In this document: positions 36,021 through 49,352 of the stretch, in pieces
Position numbering within the stretch: position 1 is the stretch's first letter
How the letters are laid out: every line of letters begins with the position of its first letter
NCBI RefSeq assembly: GCF_006345805.1
Contig: NC_043015.1
Location: forward strand, 31,186,001 to 31,250,000
Length of the DNA stretch: 64,000 bases
Source: Octopus sinensis
Taxonomy: Eukaryota
Direction of reading: 5' to 3'
Translations under genes and position numbers: made by a program
Notes under the pieces: model-generated
Told to the model about the DNA's origin: nothing
The model's database searches: none
The model's input: the letters and a program-made list of their open reading frames with translations, nothing else

Positions 36021-36824
36021 ATATGGTGAACCAAACAGCTATCAACATAAGGGTTCTCATTTCTTTTGCATGTAAAACTTTGACACAGTATGAAGCGAAA
36101 GCAAAGAGGAGAGGTTGCTGTTGTTGTTATTGCTACTGCTGCTGCTGGTATTGAGACATTGGTGATGAATGAGGAGAACCAGCAGAGGTTGGAGACAAAT
36201 TAGTTTGGTGTAATACATTAAATCTGCAACATTCATATGAATTGAGAGAAGACTTGGACATTAAAGAGATCAGCTGATTGTGCAGAAGAGGTAACCTGTA
36301 CAATAAGGGTCGTTGACGGGTGAAAATGTATCATGTGTTACCAGTGGAGAATGGTTAACTATAGCAGTTGGAAGTTCAAGGAATACAAGGGAGAAAGTGG
36401 TATGATCAGATCTCAAAATGTCCTAATTCCAGAGAAAAGGCCACACAGTATTGAGATGAAAGGTGATTTATCATACAGCAAACCTGTCCACCACTGTATG
36501 AGTTTTAAAAAAATTGGATACTAAACTTGGGTGTTGGTGGTGGTGATGGTTGTTGTGATGATGACAGTGGTGATGATGATGACAGCTATGATGATGATGA
36601 CAGCTATGATGATGATGATGATGTTCATCATTCATAGTGCCCACACTTTTACTATAGTAAGCTGTAACTTACCATTGTACTTAGTAACTGAGGAGTAACC
36701 AAACTAGGCTAGGCCAATGTGTCTTTTCTATGGAGACAGAGAAAGTTTGGTGACAGGAGAGAAACTGCCAAAACTTTAGACTGCAGCAGACCAACAACAT
36801 CCTAACACTATGACTCGCTAATGC

Positions 36825-36844
36825 CTCTATCTCTCTCTCTCTCT

Positions 36845-36908
<64 letters not shown>

Positions 36909-36932
36909 TCTCTTTCTCCCTTTCTCTCTCTA
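36825..36932. repeat. (TC)n microsatellite
   Basis: Direct reading. Confidence 0.95.
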
Positions 36933-37406
36933 GTCTCATTCAACACTGTTTGAATGAAAGATTAAGTAAGTAAATGAATAAAGCAATTATCTTTATTTAT
37001 TAACTAATTACCTAGTATTAGGTTACCAGAAAGATTATTATAATTGGTACACAAGCTAAAAAATACCATAAGGTTCATTTAACACATTCTTTCAGTACAT
37101 TATTGGTGTCACACTAACATAAAACACTGGGAATAGTCAACCCGACTACAAAAATTCTTCAAGTACTAATAACAATACATTTACTCCTTAATATAACGAT
37201 TTCACTGATAAGCTTAATTGTCTCATAACTTTATAACTGAGGCATTTTTAAACAACAACAATCAACAAACGTTTATTCAACAATAATCAATATTATACAC
37301 TAAATTATTCTCTTTTTATGGTTTGTAAAAATATTTTTTCTGCTCTTTCTAACTGGATGTGGCATTCCAGCATGGCCATAGTCATGATGGCTAAAAAAAA
37401 CTAATT

Positions 37407-37830
37407 ATCATCATCATCATCATCATCATCATCATCGTTTAACGTCTGCCTTCCATGCTGGCATGGGTTGGACAGTTTGACAGGAGCTGACCAGGCAGGA
37501 GACTGCATCAGGCTTCCGTGTCTGTTTTGGCATGGTTTTTATGGCCAGATGCCCTTCCTAACGCCAACCACCCAGCAGAGTGGACAGAGTGCTTTTTTAT
37601 GTGGCACCAGCACAAGTGAGGTCAGTTTTGGCATGGTTTTCACAGCTGGGTGCCCTTCCAAATGCCAACCACTCTGCAGAGTGGACTCAGTGCTTTTTAT
37701 GTGGCACTAGCACAGGTGAGGTTTATTTTGGTATGATTTTTATAGCTGGATGCCCTTCCAAATGCCAACTACTTTACAGTGTGGAATGGATGCCTTTTAC
37801 GTGGCGCCAGCACTAGCAGGGTTACCAAGT
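37407..37830 (-). mobile_element. Family C variant with about three 100-bp internal repeats
   Basis: Repeated GCATGGTTTT..GGATGCCCTTCC.AATGCCAAC..GTGCTTTTTATGTGGCAC modules. Confidence 0.75.
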
Positions 37831-38269
37831 AATTTGCAAGATGAAGATGCTTTGAGAGGAGAGGAGGTGATCTTATGTCAGATGATGAATGGTTTGAATG
37901 TGACAGAGAAATAGAGAGGCAGAAACAGGTGTCGTGCTGTAGAGGAGGTACATGATTAACCAGCCAGAGAGAGAGAGAGAGAGAGTAATCAAGAATGAAA
38001 CAGGTGTGCTGCTATAAAAGAGATAGAAGGCTACCCAGCCTGAGAGAAGAGCTATGTATCCCTTTCACAGCAGCACACCTGTTTCTGTCCTCATTTTAAT
38101 TATATGCAAAAATAATTGTAATTATACAAACAAAACAGTCCCACTGCATGGCACCTTAGGCAAGTTTCTTCTGTTAAAGCACTGAGCCAACCAATACTTT
38201 GTGAGTGGATTTGATAGACAGAAACTAACAGCCAATGCCGGTTCGTGTATGTTCCTACAATCTCTGTGG

Positions 38270-38488
38270 CAGTGCTTTTCAAACTTTTTGCTGGAGCGGA
38301 ACCCCAAGGAAACATTCCACTGGCTCGAGGAACCCCTGTGCAATAATTTAATAGTCTTATGCACACATATCTGCAGAGGAGACTTAAAAATTACTGCCGA
38401 TTTTAGCAGTTTTGTAACTTCTTGCGGAACCCCTGGACTGTACTGGCAGAACCCTAAGGTTCCGTGGAACCCTGGTTGAAAACCACTG
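38270..38488. mobile_element. hAT (Charlie-like) MITE
   Basis: TIRs CAGTGCTTTTCAAAC / GTTGAAAACCACTG. 8-bp TSD CTCTGTGG / CTCTATGG. Confidence 0.85.
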
Positions 38489-38493
38489 CTCTA

Positions 38494-38640
38494 TGGTATC
38501 TACTGACAGCAAAAGTGTACCCACAGATGGTATCTACTGACAGCAAAAGTGTACCCACAGATGGTATCTATTGACAGGTAGACTGTACCTACTAATAGTA
38601 TCTATAAGCAGTATGGTGAACTGTATTTCCCTATGGAGTT
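38494..38640. repeat. 34-bp tandem repeat (two exact units, then decaying)
   Basis: TGGTATCTACTGACAGCAAAAGTGTACCCACAGA occurs twice, followed by diverged units. Confidence 0.85.
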
Positions 38641-39122
38641 TATTTGTCAGCAAGGTGACTGCAGCCCTAGGCTCATGATTTCTAACGTGCCTTTCCTTTT
38701 TAAGACGGTAAGCTGTGATTTGAGGGCTATTTGGCTGATGTTTCTAGCAGGTCATGTAACTATGTAGAAGTTTCCTGGCTGGTTTGATAGAAACCAGTAG
38801 CATGCATCTGGTTGCCAGGATGCTAACTCACAGCCATCACATTCCAACAGATTATACACAACTGCAATGCAGCAGAACTGGACAGATCATTAAAACTGGT
38901 GGTGGAAGGAACCAATACTTCAAGAGTAATCAAGATATTTAACAGCAGAATCAATTCCCTCACTGCCTGTAACCATTATTGAAGAATATGCTCTAATTTT
39001 AGCAACACTTAAAGACAATAACAATCTCGCTGCAGTGGCCTTTCATTCAGCATGACTTGTTAGCAGAAGCATTAGGATGTTGGCCTGCCATCCAAAGAGT
39101 CCAAAGTTCATATTCTGTCACC

Positions 39123-39523
39123 AGGCGCAGGAGTGGCTGTGTGGTAAGTAGCTTGCTTACCAACCACATTGCTCCGGGTTCAGTCCCACTGCGTGGCACC
39201 TTGGGCAAGTGTCTTCTACTATAGCCTCGGGCTGACCAAAGCCTTGTGAGTGGATTTGGTAGACGGAAACTGAAAGAAGCCCGTCGTATATATGTATATA
39301 TATATATATATGCGTGTGTGTTTGTGTGTCTGTGTTTGTCCCCCTAGCATTGCTTGACAACCGATGCTGATGTGTTTATATCCACGTTACTTAGTGGTTC
39401 GGCAAAAGAGACCGATAGAATAAGTACTGGGCTTACAAAAGAATAAGTCCCGGGGTCGAGTTGCTCGATTAAAGGCAGTGCTCCAGCATGGCCGCAGTCA
39501 AATGACTGAAACAAGTAAAAGAG
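39123..39523 (+). mobile_element. SINE family A, full length, young
   Basis: Near-consensus copy. Confidence 0.9.
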
Positions 39524-40572
39524 AATATCATTCCATGTCCTTGTAAGGGTCATTCAATTTGTAATACCTCATAAATTGATACTATGAAGAGGTGTCCAGA
39601 ACCAAAACCAGCAATCATTCAAAGAGGGATCAGTACAGAGAAATTGATGCAACATTCTATACACTGTACAATATGATTCCATAACAGACTAAAGTGTGGC
39701 CAGATGGAGCAGCTGCTCATTAATATTTAATTAATTAATAGTGCTATAATTCAAGCAGAGCAGACAAGTTATTCCAAAAGCAAGAACGGCTTCCTAGTGT
39801 AGAGATCAAAATGGTAACACAGACAAGTGTTGTAATTTGGCCTCATGGTAATTTAGCCTCATGACTGAGCAAAGGCATTCCAGCCATGACCATCATGCCT
39901 TTTACTTGTGACCATATTATCCAATTTATGCCCCATTTTTAAATGGTGAGATGAGGTTTAGAGGAGATATGGCTGCTGTTTCCAGCAAGCTGAGCAATCA
40001 CATACAGTCTTTCAGCCGAGTTGAGCAGTAGAAGTGGGGTGGGCCTACAATGAGGATGTTGTTTGGCTCCAAGTCAGTGCTGATCAAGCAAACCAAACCT
40101 ATGGTCAGAGGCATCCAAACTATGACAACCCAATCACAATTTTCAGGAACTGTTTATCTCAGACTACATTACTTAATGTGTCCCTTTTTTTTTTTTTTCA
40201 TAATGGTAAAGTGTGGGTTTAGGAAAGATTTAGGAACTGATAATGATGACAGTGGTTGCAGTGGTGCTGGTGGTAGTATAGTGGTGGTGGTGGTGGTGGT
40301 GTGGTGGTGGTGGTGGTGGAGGAAGTGGCAATGGTGTTGGTGACAAACAATAATTACAGTGAAGGCGACAGCCAAGAGTTTAAACAATCACAGTATATTG
40401 AAACAGTTTAAACAACACACAATACTCTTGGTGCTGCTTTCAGACAAATACCATACTGTTAATTAACTATTAATGTGGTGCCTAATTAACATTGTTCAGT
40501 AATTTTAGACAAGCAACAGTATTTTGAACTTGTTAACATGAAGTCTGAGAATTCTTCACTCCCAGTCTATTC

Positions 40573-40889
40573 CAGTGTTCCACAACCTTTTTTTCACTTA
40601 GGGTACACTTATATTCTTTTCAAAATTTGGTGGCACACCCGAACTAAAAATATAAGTATGCCGATGACCGCTCGGTTCAAAGTCTCTCTTGACCAGAAAT
40701 GGCCTGAACTTTTTGCATGAACACCCTCCATGTACATAACTCCATGTCCCCCTACATGGCCTTTTCTTTTTGCTTTTTGAGCCAAAAAATTAACTTAAGT
40801 AAAAGTATAGGGGAGAAAATTACATCCAGCTTACACTGCGGGACACCTAGCCCACCAGCGTGCCACAGCATACCTGTTGCAGGGGACTG
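40573..40889. mobile_element. hAT-type MITE with perfect 8-bp TSD, interrupted by the CR1 fragment
   Basis: Ends CAGTGTTCC.../...GGGGACTG. TSD GTCTATTC at 40565-40572 and 40890-40897. Confidence 0.8.
40658..40795 (+). mobile_element. CR1-like LINE 3' end nested in a hAT MITE
   Basis: ATGCCGATGACCGCTCGGTTCAAAGTCTC...GAGCCAAAAAATTAACT, the reverse complement of the 6226-6463 family. Flanked by TAAGT. Confidence 0.85.
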
Positions 40890-41262
40890 GTCTATTCAAT
40901 ACCCCACTCTTTATATAATAATCTGTTACTTATCAGATTATAAGCAGATCAATCAGAACCTGTGTAACATATCTTAGCTCTTATTGTTTTACTTGCTTCA
41001 GTCATTGGGCTGAGGCCATGCTGGGGAACCACCTTGGAGGGTTTAGGTGAACAAATTAACCCCAGTAATATTTTTTTTTTTAAGTCCAGGGCATATGATA
41101 TTGGCCTCTTTTGCTGAAACACTGAGCTATAGGTGCATTAACAAATCAGCGTTGTTGTCAAGTGGTGGTAGGTGTAGTGTGTATGTGTGTATACATGTAT
41201 GTATGCATGCATACATGTGTATATGCATGTATTCATGCATATGTATACATGTATGCATACAT

Positions 41263-41488
41263 AGATTGGCATATTTCGGTCATATTATGCGGAGAAAATC
41301 CCTGGAGAAGGACATCATGCTCGGAATGGTCAGTGGCTGACCAAGAACCCGCTGGCTTGACACCATCAAGAGCAATACCGGAATGGACATGGCCAATCTG
41401 AAAGAAGCGGCCCAGGATAGAACTGACTGGAGGACACTGATCCAACGAGTGACCGAGAGTCGACTTTGACTGAGCGGATAGAGAGAGA
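41263..41488 (+). mobile_element. BovB-like RTE LINE 3' end
   Basis: RLAYFGHIMRRKSLEKDIMLGMVSG..RTRWLDTIKSNTGMDMANLKEAAQDRTDWRTLIQRVTESRL, the classic BovB-type C-terminus. Confidence 0.88.
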
Positions 41489-42479
41489 TGCATACATACA
41501 TAAATATATACATACACAGATGCATACATATATATGTATACTTATAAGATAAAGATATAATCATAAAATGATTATATCAACAGCCTAGCACTTACACTTA
41601 AAAATTACCATATAGGTAACATTAATTTTTTTTTTTTTTTTACATATATGATTATAAAGATATAATTATAGTTAAGGGCTACTGGAAATGACCATCGCCA
41701 ATGCAAGAAACAGATGTCAAATACCTACAATCCACTCTACAATTTGTTCTCTATATTCAACCACAGGTACGAACGTGAGGGAATGAGCAAGAAAATATAA
41801 AAAATATTGGATAATTCTATACCTCAAGATTTCACACTCTGCAAAATTTGCTTTGCGATCTTCAGTAGAATAAACCATTAATATATAAACGAGAAATTTA
41901 TGTACCCACAGGTAAATTCACCTGTAGATAACAAAATTAAACATACATCAGCAGGTGAATTTACCTGTGGGTAAATATATTTCTTCCCCTCCTCTCCCTT
42001 CATGTATATGCATATATTTGTGTGTGTATGTGTTTGTCCCCTCGCCATCACTTGACAACTGATGCTGGTGTGTTTATGTCCCCATAACTTAGTGGTTCAG
42101 CAAAAGACACCAATAGAATAAGTACTAGGCTCACAAAGTCCTGAGGTTGATCTCTTTGACTAAAACCATTGAAGACAGTGCTCCAGCATGGCTGCAGTCG
42201 AATGACCGAAACAAGTAAAAGAAATAAACGAAACTTGTTTCATTCAGTGAATACAGTCGTGGTAGGGCAGTGCTGCTTTTAAGGATTTAGATGATCAAGT
42301 CAACCCCAGGACTTGTCTTAAGTCGGCTGTTCTACTATTCCCTTTTTCCAAAGCACTAAATCATGGAGATGGAAGTAAACAAACACACACACACAAACAA
42401 ACACGTGTGCAGATAAGTCTTTGGGTTTGTGTGTCAGTGTGCGTTGGTTTGTTTACATCCCCATAAATACACTGTTTCT

Positions 42480-42897
42480 TGTTTCTTTACTGCCCACAAG
42501 GAGCTACATACAGAGGGGACAAACAAGGACAGACAAACGAATTAAGTCGATTATATCGACCCCAATGCGTAACTGGTACTTATTTAATTGACCACCGAAA
42601 GGATGAAAGGCAAAGTCAACCTCGGCGGGATTTGAACTCAGAACGTACCGGCAGACAAAATACCTATTTCTTTACTACCCACAAGGGGCTAAACACAGAG
42701 AGGACATACAAGGGCAGACAAACAGATTAAGTTGATTATATCAACCCCAGTGTGTAACTGGTACTTATTTAATCGACCCTGAAAGGATGAAAGGCAAAGT
42801 CGACCTCGGCGAAATTTGAACTCAGAACATAGCAGCAGACGAAATACCACTAAGCATTTCGCCCGGCATGCTAACGTTTCTGCCAGCTCATCGCCTT
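42480..42897 (-). mobile_element. Tandem dimer of SINE family B with an 11-bp TSD
   Basis: TSD ACACTGTTTCT at 42469-42479 and 42903-42913. The second unit lacks the head and starts at GGTATTT. Confidence 0.82.
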
Positions 42898-44605
42898 TAT
42901 ACACACTGTTTCTACCCGCCAAATTTAATTTCCACGCATGGGATTGATTGATTCAGGACTAGTAGTAGAAGACACTTGGCTTAAGTGTGGCATGCAATAG
43001 GTACTGAACCTGAAACCATGTGGTTGCTAAGCAAACTTCTTCACCCAGCCAAGGCTACACACCTTTATTGTCGTCATTTCTTCCACATATTTTGTCAGAT
43101 TTCTTACGCTCCAAATATCAAATATGTTAATATTAACTTATGTTTGAATATAAATGAGCTGAACAGGATAAGGTGCACCTGTCAACTATGCTGGAAGTTT
43201 TTTTTAAAAGCAGAACAGAGCTAAGCCTGACATATTTCAGAAAAAACTAATTTAAATATTTCATGAACAGAAATATTTTTGCTTATTTTTGCTGATATTT
43301 TTTCATCGCTGATGCTTTAGTTAAGTGCATGATGCAGCATTGTACCAATAATGTTAGGAGCTGGTTTAAATTGTTTGCTGCATTTCAATTTGTCCCCCTA
43401 GGGTTTGTGTTCAATCCCAGACAGGATTAACTATTGTGTGTTCCTTTCGCAAGTGAACAAAACAAGGTATCAGGTATGTAATTTTATTATTTACACCAGA
43501 GATGACACAAAGCTGGCAGAATCATTAGCACTCTTTATGTTCTGAGTTCAAATTCCGCTGAGGTTGACATGGCCCTTCATCCATTCAGAGTTGATCAAAT
43601 AAGTACCAGTTGAGCACTGGGGTTGATATGATTGCTGGCCGAGCAGAATTTCACTCAGACCTAATATAAACAGAAATATGAGAAGCAACATCCATCACAC
43701 ATACACCCCTTCCCCCACACACACACACACAGGCACATGCATGCACACACACGTGTGCTCGCATGCACGCACAAACACACACCGCTTTCTGCCCTTGTTA
43801 ATGAAGGGGAGATCTGGTTCAAAATAATTCTGTAAGTGCTCACTGATTAGTCTTATGTGTGTTCTGATTAGGTAGGACTACAATTAAAGGTATTTCAACC
43901 ATGACCATCCAATCTTATTTTCGGACATTATGTGTTGAGGACTAAATTATTCAATGTTTCCAGTTTTTTAAGACTGTAGGGTGTAAGGACGTAATTTGAA
44001 GAGGGTTTGACTGCTATTTCTAACAAATTGAGCAGCCATGTAGAGGCTCCCTCCTCAATATAGTTTGTAGCAAAGAGTAAAATTCCAGAGGATTACAGTT
44101 CTAAGGATAAAGAATTCCTGAGGTTTGATGAGGTAAGGCATAGGTGTCTATCCAATCAATTAAAAAACCTAAGACATCAATATGCTAAAGTGTTTTGAAG
44201 GTAAGACTTTTAATATATAGCTCTATCAAAACAGAATTGATGAAAAAAATAAATAAATGTAAAAAAAAATGTATAACAAAACATTCTTTAGTAATAGCCC
44301 CAGCTTTGTTGTTGTTGTTGTTGTTTTAATTATGGGAATTTTTGGAGGGAACTAAAGGAATTTACAGGGAGTGGAGACCCACTTAGTATCATTGTTGTTT
44401 TACAGTGTTTGAAGGACTCTTGTTAATGTCAACAAAGTAGTAATATCAAAACTCTTTATTTTTCCATTGCTGACACTGTCACAACTCCTAAGAGGCATGA
44501 TATGGTTTTTTTTGTTTGTTTTTTTTTTGGGGGGGGGGGGGGGGGGTATTTATTTATTTTTTGGGGTCACAGGAGGCAGGATTTGAAAAGATAATTTAAG
44601 GTGTC

Positions 44606-44717
44606 GATAAATTAAGTACCAGTTACGCACTGGGGGTCGATGTAATCAACTTAATCAGTTTGTCTGTCCTTGTTTGTCCCCTCTGTGTTTAGCCCCTTGT
44701 GGGCAGTAAAGAAATTC
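44606..44717 (+). mobile_element. 5'-truncated SINE family B with a 13-bp TSD
   Basis: AATTTAAGGTGTC at 44593-44605 and 44718-44730. Confidence 0.85.
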
Positions 44718-46055
44718 AATTTAAGGTGTCTAACCTGTACTGTGTCAATCCCCGTACTCTGGGCTGGTATTTTATCAGGCCCCAAAATAATGAAAGGCAA
44801 AGTAGAACTTGGTGGGATTTGAACTCAGACTGCAGAGAGTCTGAACCAATAACATAAAGCATTCTTCCTATCTGATACTTTAACAACTCAACCAATTCCC
44901 TGCTTTTTATTTAAAAAAAACCTGTACAGTAATGATAAAAAATATAGATAGCAATAATAAAAACATATACAGAAATGTTTGGATATTGATTCTCATTTTT
45001 TTTACCCTAAAGAAAAAGGGTAAAAGAAAACAGCATCAGAGAAGACAAAAATTCACAGAAAAGTAAAACCAAAGGAAAAAACCCCAACAAAGTAAATAAT
45101 AATTAAAATATTTACCATCTCCCATAATAATCCTTCCTTGTTGAAGTGAAAGTAAGAACAAAGTCTAAGTAGGTCTGCCACTTTGCCTGTTGGAACTCCT
45201 CCTTTCACTCACCCAAAGTCAATCAGAGGCGACAGATACTATGGTTGGATGGTGAGTGTGGGTACTTACTGTGTCACCCTTATGTTTGTTTGTGAGAGAG
45301 ACACACGGACATGGACGAGCAGAGCTGGATTGAATGAAACACAGCAAATAGTTGCAATTTCTGAGTCTGAAGTGAACACATTATTTCCAACTGAAGAGCC
45401 ATTAATTAGCTTAGCTTCAAACTCTAGCACCTAATCAGAGACTGATCGGAAAGTTTATGGTTATTTAATAGATACCACACACTCATAGTTTTAAAAAGCC
45501 AACTTTCCAACATCTCTCTCTCTCTCTCTCTCAATAAAACTGGCTCTTTTCTTCCAAATTTTGTCTTTTTTTATTTTTCCCTCCTTTTTTTTGTTTTCAA
45601 ATAACAAGCCTTCACCAAAAATATCTCCAAAACTAGCTTATTATCGGCTAATAATATTCAAATTGCTGGCACTGTTGCTGCTTTGGCTGACTCATTACAG
45701 CACCAGACAAAATGCTTCATGGTGTTTGATCAGGATCTTTACAATCTGAGTTCAAATCCCACCAAAACAACTTTGGCATTTCATTTTTCAAGGATTGATA
45801 AAATAATGACATAATGTTCGTCCTTCGGGTTTGAAGATGACCATTGACATCATTTGGTGGAACTGCTGCTATGAGACCGGAGGTGGCTGGTGAGGCCAAT
45901 CCGGGCAAGGAAGCCCCTTGATAAAATAAAGTACCAGTGAAGTACGGAGATCAATGATATCAACTAAACTCTCTCCTCATAATTGCTGGCCTTGTTTCTG
46001 AATCAAAAGCAACAGCTGTCATCATTATTATTATCATTATTATTACGTAAGAGAA

Positions 46056-46411
46056 CCATCCGAACATGGCCGTTGCCAGCGCCGCCCCAACTAGCCTCCG
46101 TGCCGGTGGCATGTAAAAAGCACCATCTGATCGTTGCCATTGCCAGCCTTGCCTGGCCTCTGTGCTGGTGGCACGTAAAAAGCACCATCTGATCGTGGCT
46201 GTTTGCCAGCCTCGTCTGGCACCTGTGCTGGTGGTACGTAAAAAGCACCCACTACACTCACGGAGTGGTTGGCGTTAGGAAGGGCATCCAGCTGTAGAAA
46301 CACTGCCAGATCAGACTGGAGCCTGGTGCAGCCTTCTGGCTTCACAGACCCCAGTTGAACCATCCAACCTATGCTAGCATGGAAAGCCGGACGCTAAACG
46401 ATGATGATGAT
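46056..46411 (+). mobile_element. Family C element with about three internal modules
   Basis: Colinear with 3628-4165. Confidence 0.85.
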
Positions 46412-46601
46412 TAATGCAGCAAGGTGGCAGAATCATTAGCAGCATTTTGTCCATCTTTATACTGAGTTCAAATTCTGCCAAGGTCAACTCTGCCTTTCAT
46501 CCTTTCAGGGTAAATAAAATAAATTGAACACTGGGTTTGATGTAATCAATATACCCCATCCCCAAAGTTGCTGGCCTTGTGCCAAAATTTGAAACTATTA
46601 T

Positions 46602-46906
46602 AGGGCACATGGCGTAGTGGTTAGGGTGTTGTACTCACAATCGCAAGATCATGGTTTCAATTCCGAGACCAGGTGGTGTGTTGCGTTCATCAGAAAAACA
46701 CTTCGTCTCACATTGCTCTGTGATCACTTGGACAACTGACGTGTGGCACACTGTGCACCTGTTTATACAATGTCAACCTGATGGACAGAGTGAGCTAATG
46801 TGCAGTACGAACCTTTGATCACTATAAACAAATCATTTGTGCAGGTTGTTCAGCAAAAGCTGAGCACTTGTATATTGTCTTCGATGGTAGAGTCCATCAT
46901 TATTAT
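46602..46906 (+). mobile_element. tRNA-derived SINE, family D
   Basis: A box TGGCGTAGTGG, B box GGTTTCAATTCC, (ATT)n tail. No tRNA acceptor stem. Confidence 0.7.
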
Positions 46907-47880
46907 GGCAGCAAGCTGGCAGAACCATTAGCACGCCAGGCAAAATGATCAGTGGCATTTTGTCTGTCTTTTCATTCTGAGTTCAAATTCCACCAAGGTT
47001 GACATTGCCTTTCATCCTTTCGGGGTCAATAAAATTAGCCCTAATCAAGTACTGGGGTTGATATATTTAAGTTACCTCCTCCCCAAAACTGCTAGCCATA
47101 TGTTGAAATTTGAAACAACAACGACTGCCACCGCCACCACCACCACCACCACCACCACCACCATCATAGTGAGTGAGTGAGAGCAGCACATACCATCGAA
47201 GTGACAGGGTACACCAGGAACATGCATCCCAATCATATGTTCATGACATGATGAGCTAATATCAAGATAAACAATGCATGATTTTGCAAGTGGGGACCAC
47301 TTAGAATGTTCTTTCTGCTCAAAGGGTCCATCATCATCATTATTAAGGCAGTAAACTGACAGATTCATTACCGCACCAAACAGAAAAATACTTAGCAACA
47401 TTTCATCTGACTAAAAGAAGGCCTAGAGGGTGTGGATAATCCACCACTACATGTAGCAAGGACACTATAATAGAAAAAAAGTTCTTTTACTTTGCAGCGG
47501 TGAGCTCAGATTAAAAACATGGATTTATTCTGGAGAAGAATTGACTTTGTCAGACACTTTTGTTCTTGGTACACTGCATCAAAATGCCCCAGAATCTCAA
47601 ATGAGTTACAAGAGTTACAAAAGTATTTTTAACACCTCAATCAACCCTTTTGTTACCTATTTCTCTTGAAATACATTGGCTTTGTCTCGTTAGTTTTTTA
47701 AAATAATGAAAAGAAAAAATACGTATATCATAAAACAAGGGACAGTTTCAGATGGGCTGGCATCAAAATGGTCTTTTGTAAAGAAGATGGTGATAGTTGG
47801 TTTATCTTTTAAGCTGTGCACAACACATTAATGAATCCACTTCTCTCCAACAAATAAGGGATTAGTATAAAAAAAAAATT

Positions 47881-48158
47881 AAGCGAGTGACTTGATCTGA
47901 GATCGTGTGCTGGAACAAAAACAATTGCAGCGTGGAAGGTGTTTGTAAGCCATTTAAGAAACACATAAAAACCGTTAGATTCACTTCAACATTTAAGTTT
48001 AATTTGTCAAAATATTTTCAGCGCTTTGAGAGATGCAGCATGAAGTTTTGTCAGTGAACAGGTTGTGGCCTCAAAGTGACGAAAATATTTTGACAAATTA
48101 AATTGAAATGTTGAAGTGAATCTAACGGTTTTTGTGTGTTTCTTAAATGGCTTATAAA
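47881..48158. repeat. Fold-back repeat, same family as 5385-5697
   Basis: Same left flank and arms. The spacer TTTTGTCAGTGAACAGGTT is the reverse complement of the spacer in the first copy. Confidence 0.85.
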
Positions 48159-49316
48159 AAAAAAGACTTAGATAAATAAAATTATATCAGTATTTCATTA
48201 ATGAACCAGATGGGACTTTAGAGAACAAAAACAAAAGGGGGAAAAAAACATTAAAAAGCATACCAAGGTCACTAAGTAAAGAAGTTGAAAATAGAAGCAA
48301 GACTGAATGATGGTCAATCGATCATTAGGACATGAAAAAAGTAAGAAGTACAGTAATACAGGAAGAGGGACCTCGAAACGAAAGAGGGGGGGGTTAGAGC
48401 TTTTGGTGGAAAAGAAGGTAAAAGAATGAACTGACAAGTGATGGCAAGATAAAAGAGATGAAGGAAGGATGAAGACGAAAAGAAATGGTAAGACACTAAT
48501 AATTGACCAGAGACAACTTTAAGTTTATGTACTCCATGAAATAATGTAAAAGTTGCACTGCTTTATTCTAGGAGTATTTCTTCCACAAAGCAATCAAATG
48601 AAAAAAACTAAGTTAACATCTGTTGAAAAACTGAAGAAACAACATTTCTGAAATATATCCCACAATGCAATATCACTGATAGTTCGAAGTAGTGTATCCA
48701 CTATATTGAAACATTCATGAGCAGGCATCAAATATAAAATTCTCCATCTCATTAACAAATATTCTTCACCTATTTCCATTGATCAACTGACTTCTTATTC
48801 CTGCTCAATAGATTTCTAATAAATAGCCAACTACCTAGTCCACAAGAAACTCTACCTAAAGCAAGTATTTCCCCATTTCTTCTTTTCTATACTGTGTTTC
48901 ACTTCCAAAGCTTCAAACAAAATCCTTGCCAATCCTTTCTCAGACTTCCATGCCACTGGAATGCCTCTTCCACCCACATTTTCCTCCGACTAACTTCGCA
49001 AAAGTTTAACATTAACTACATCCACTTTGATCGTCAAACAGAGCAGAGCCTAAATTGCTTATAAGCAAACCTTCCTTCTCAAGTTAGCAGACAGTTAAAG
49101 AGAGAAAGGCGAGATGGCAAATCTGTTATTAATTAAATAAATGTGTTAATTTGTAATTAGAAAGAGGCTCCAGTGAGAATACAGTTCAAAATTATGTTAG
49201 CAGGAAAAGAATATTTTTTCAGTAAGAAATTGGATAGAGCGTAAAAAGATGGATGAGTGAATGACAGCAAGAAGAAGCAGGGGTAGTTTTTCTTCAGATA
49301 AAATTCTGGTATTTAC

Positions 49317-49352
49317 CTGCAAAACTGCCAGATTACCATGAGAGTGTTCCAT
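49317..49352 (-). CDS. Candidate alternative start exon, coding part MEHSHGNLAVLQ (possible exon 49317-49432)
   Basis: ATG in context aatcATGG with an in-frame TAA two codons upstream. Phase-0 donor CAG|GTAAAT. Possible acceptor cattttcAG at 49433-49434. No homology evidence. Confidence 0.35.

Noticed and set aside
45263-45372. Minus-strand donor ca|GTAAGT with an upstream open stretch
   Set aside because: No ATG in the phase-0 frame after the last stop, and no DGK similarity. At most it is a UTR exon.
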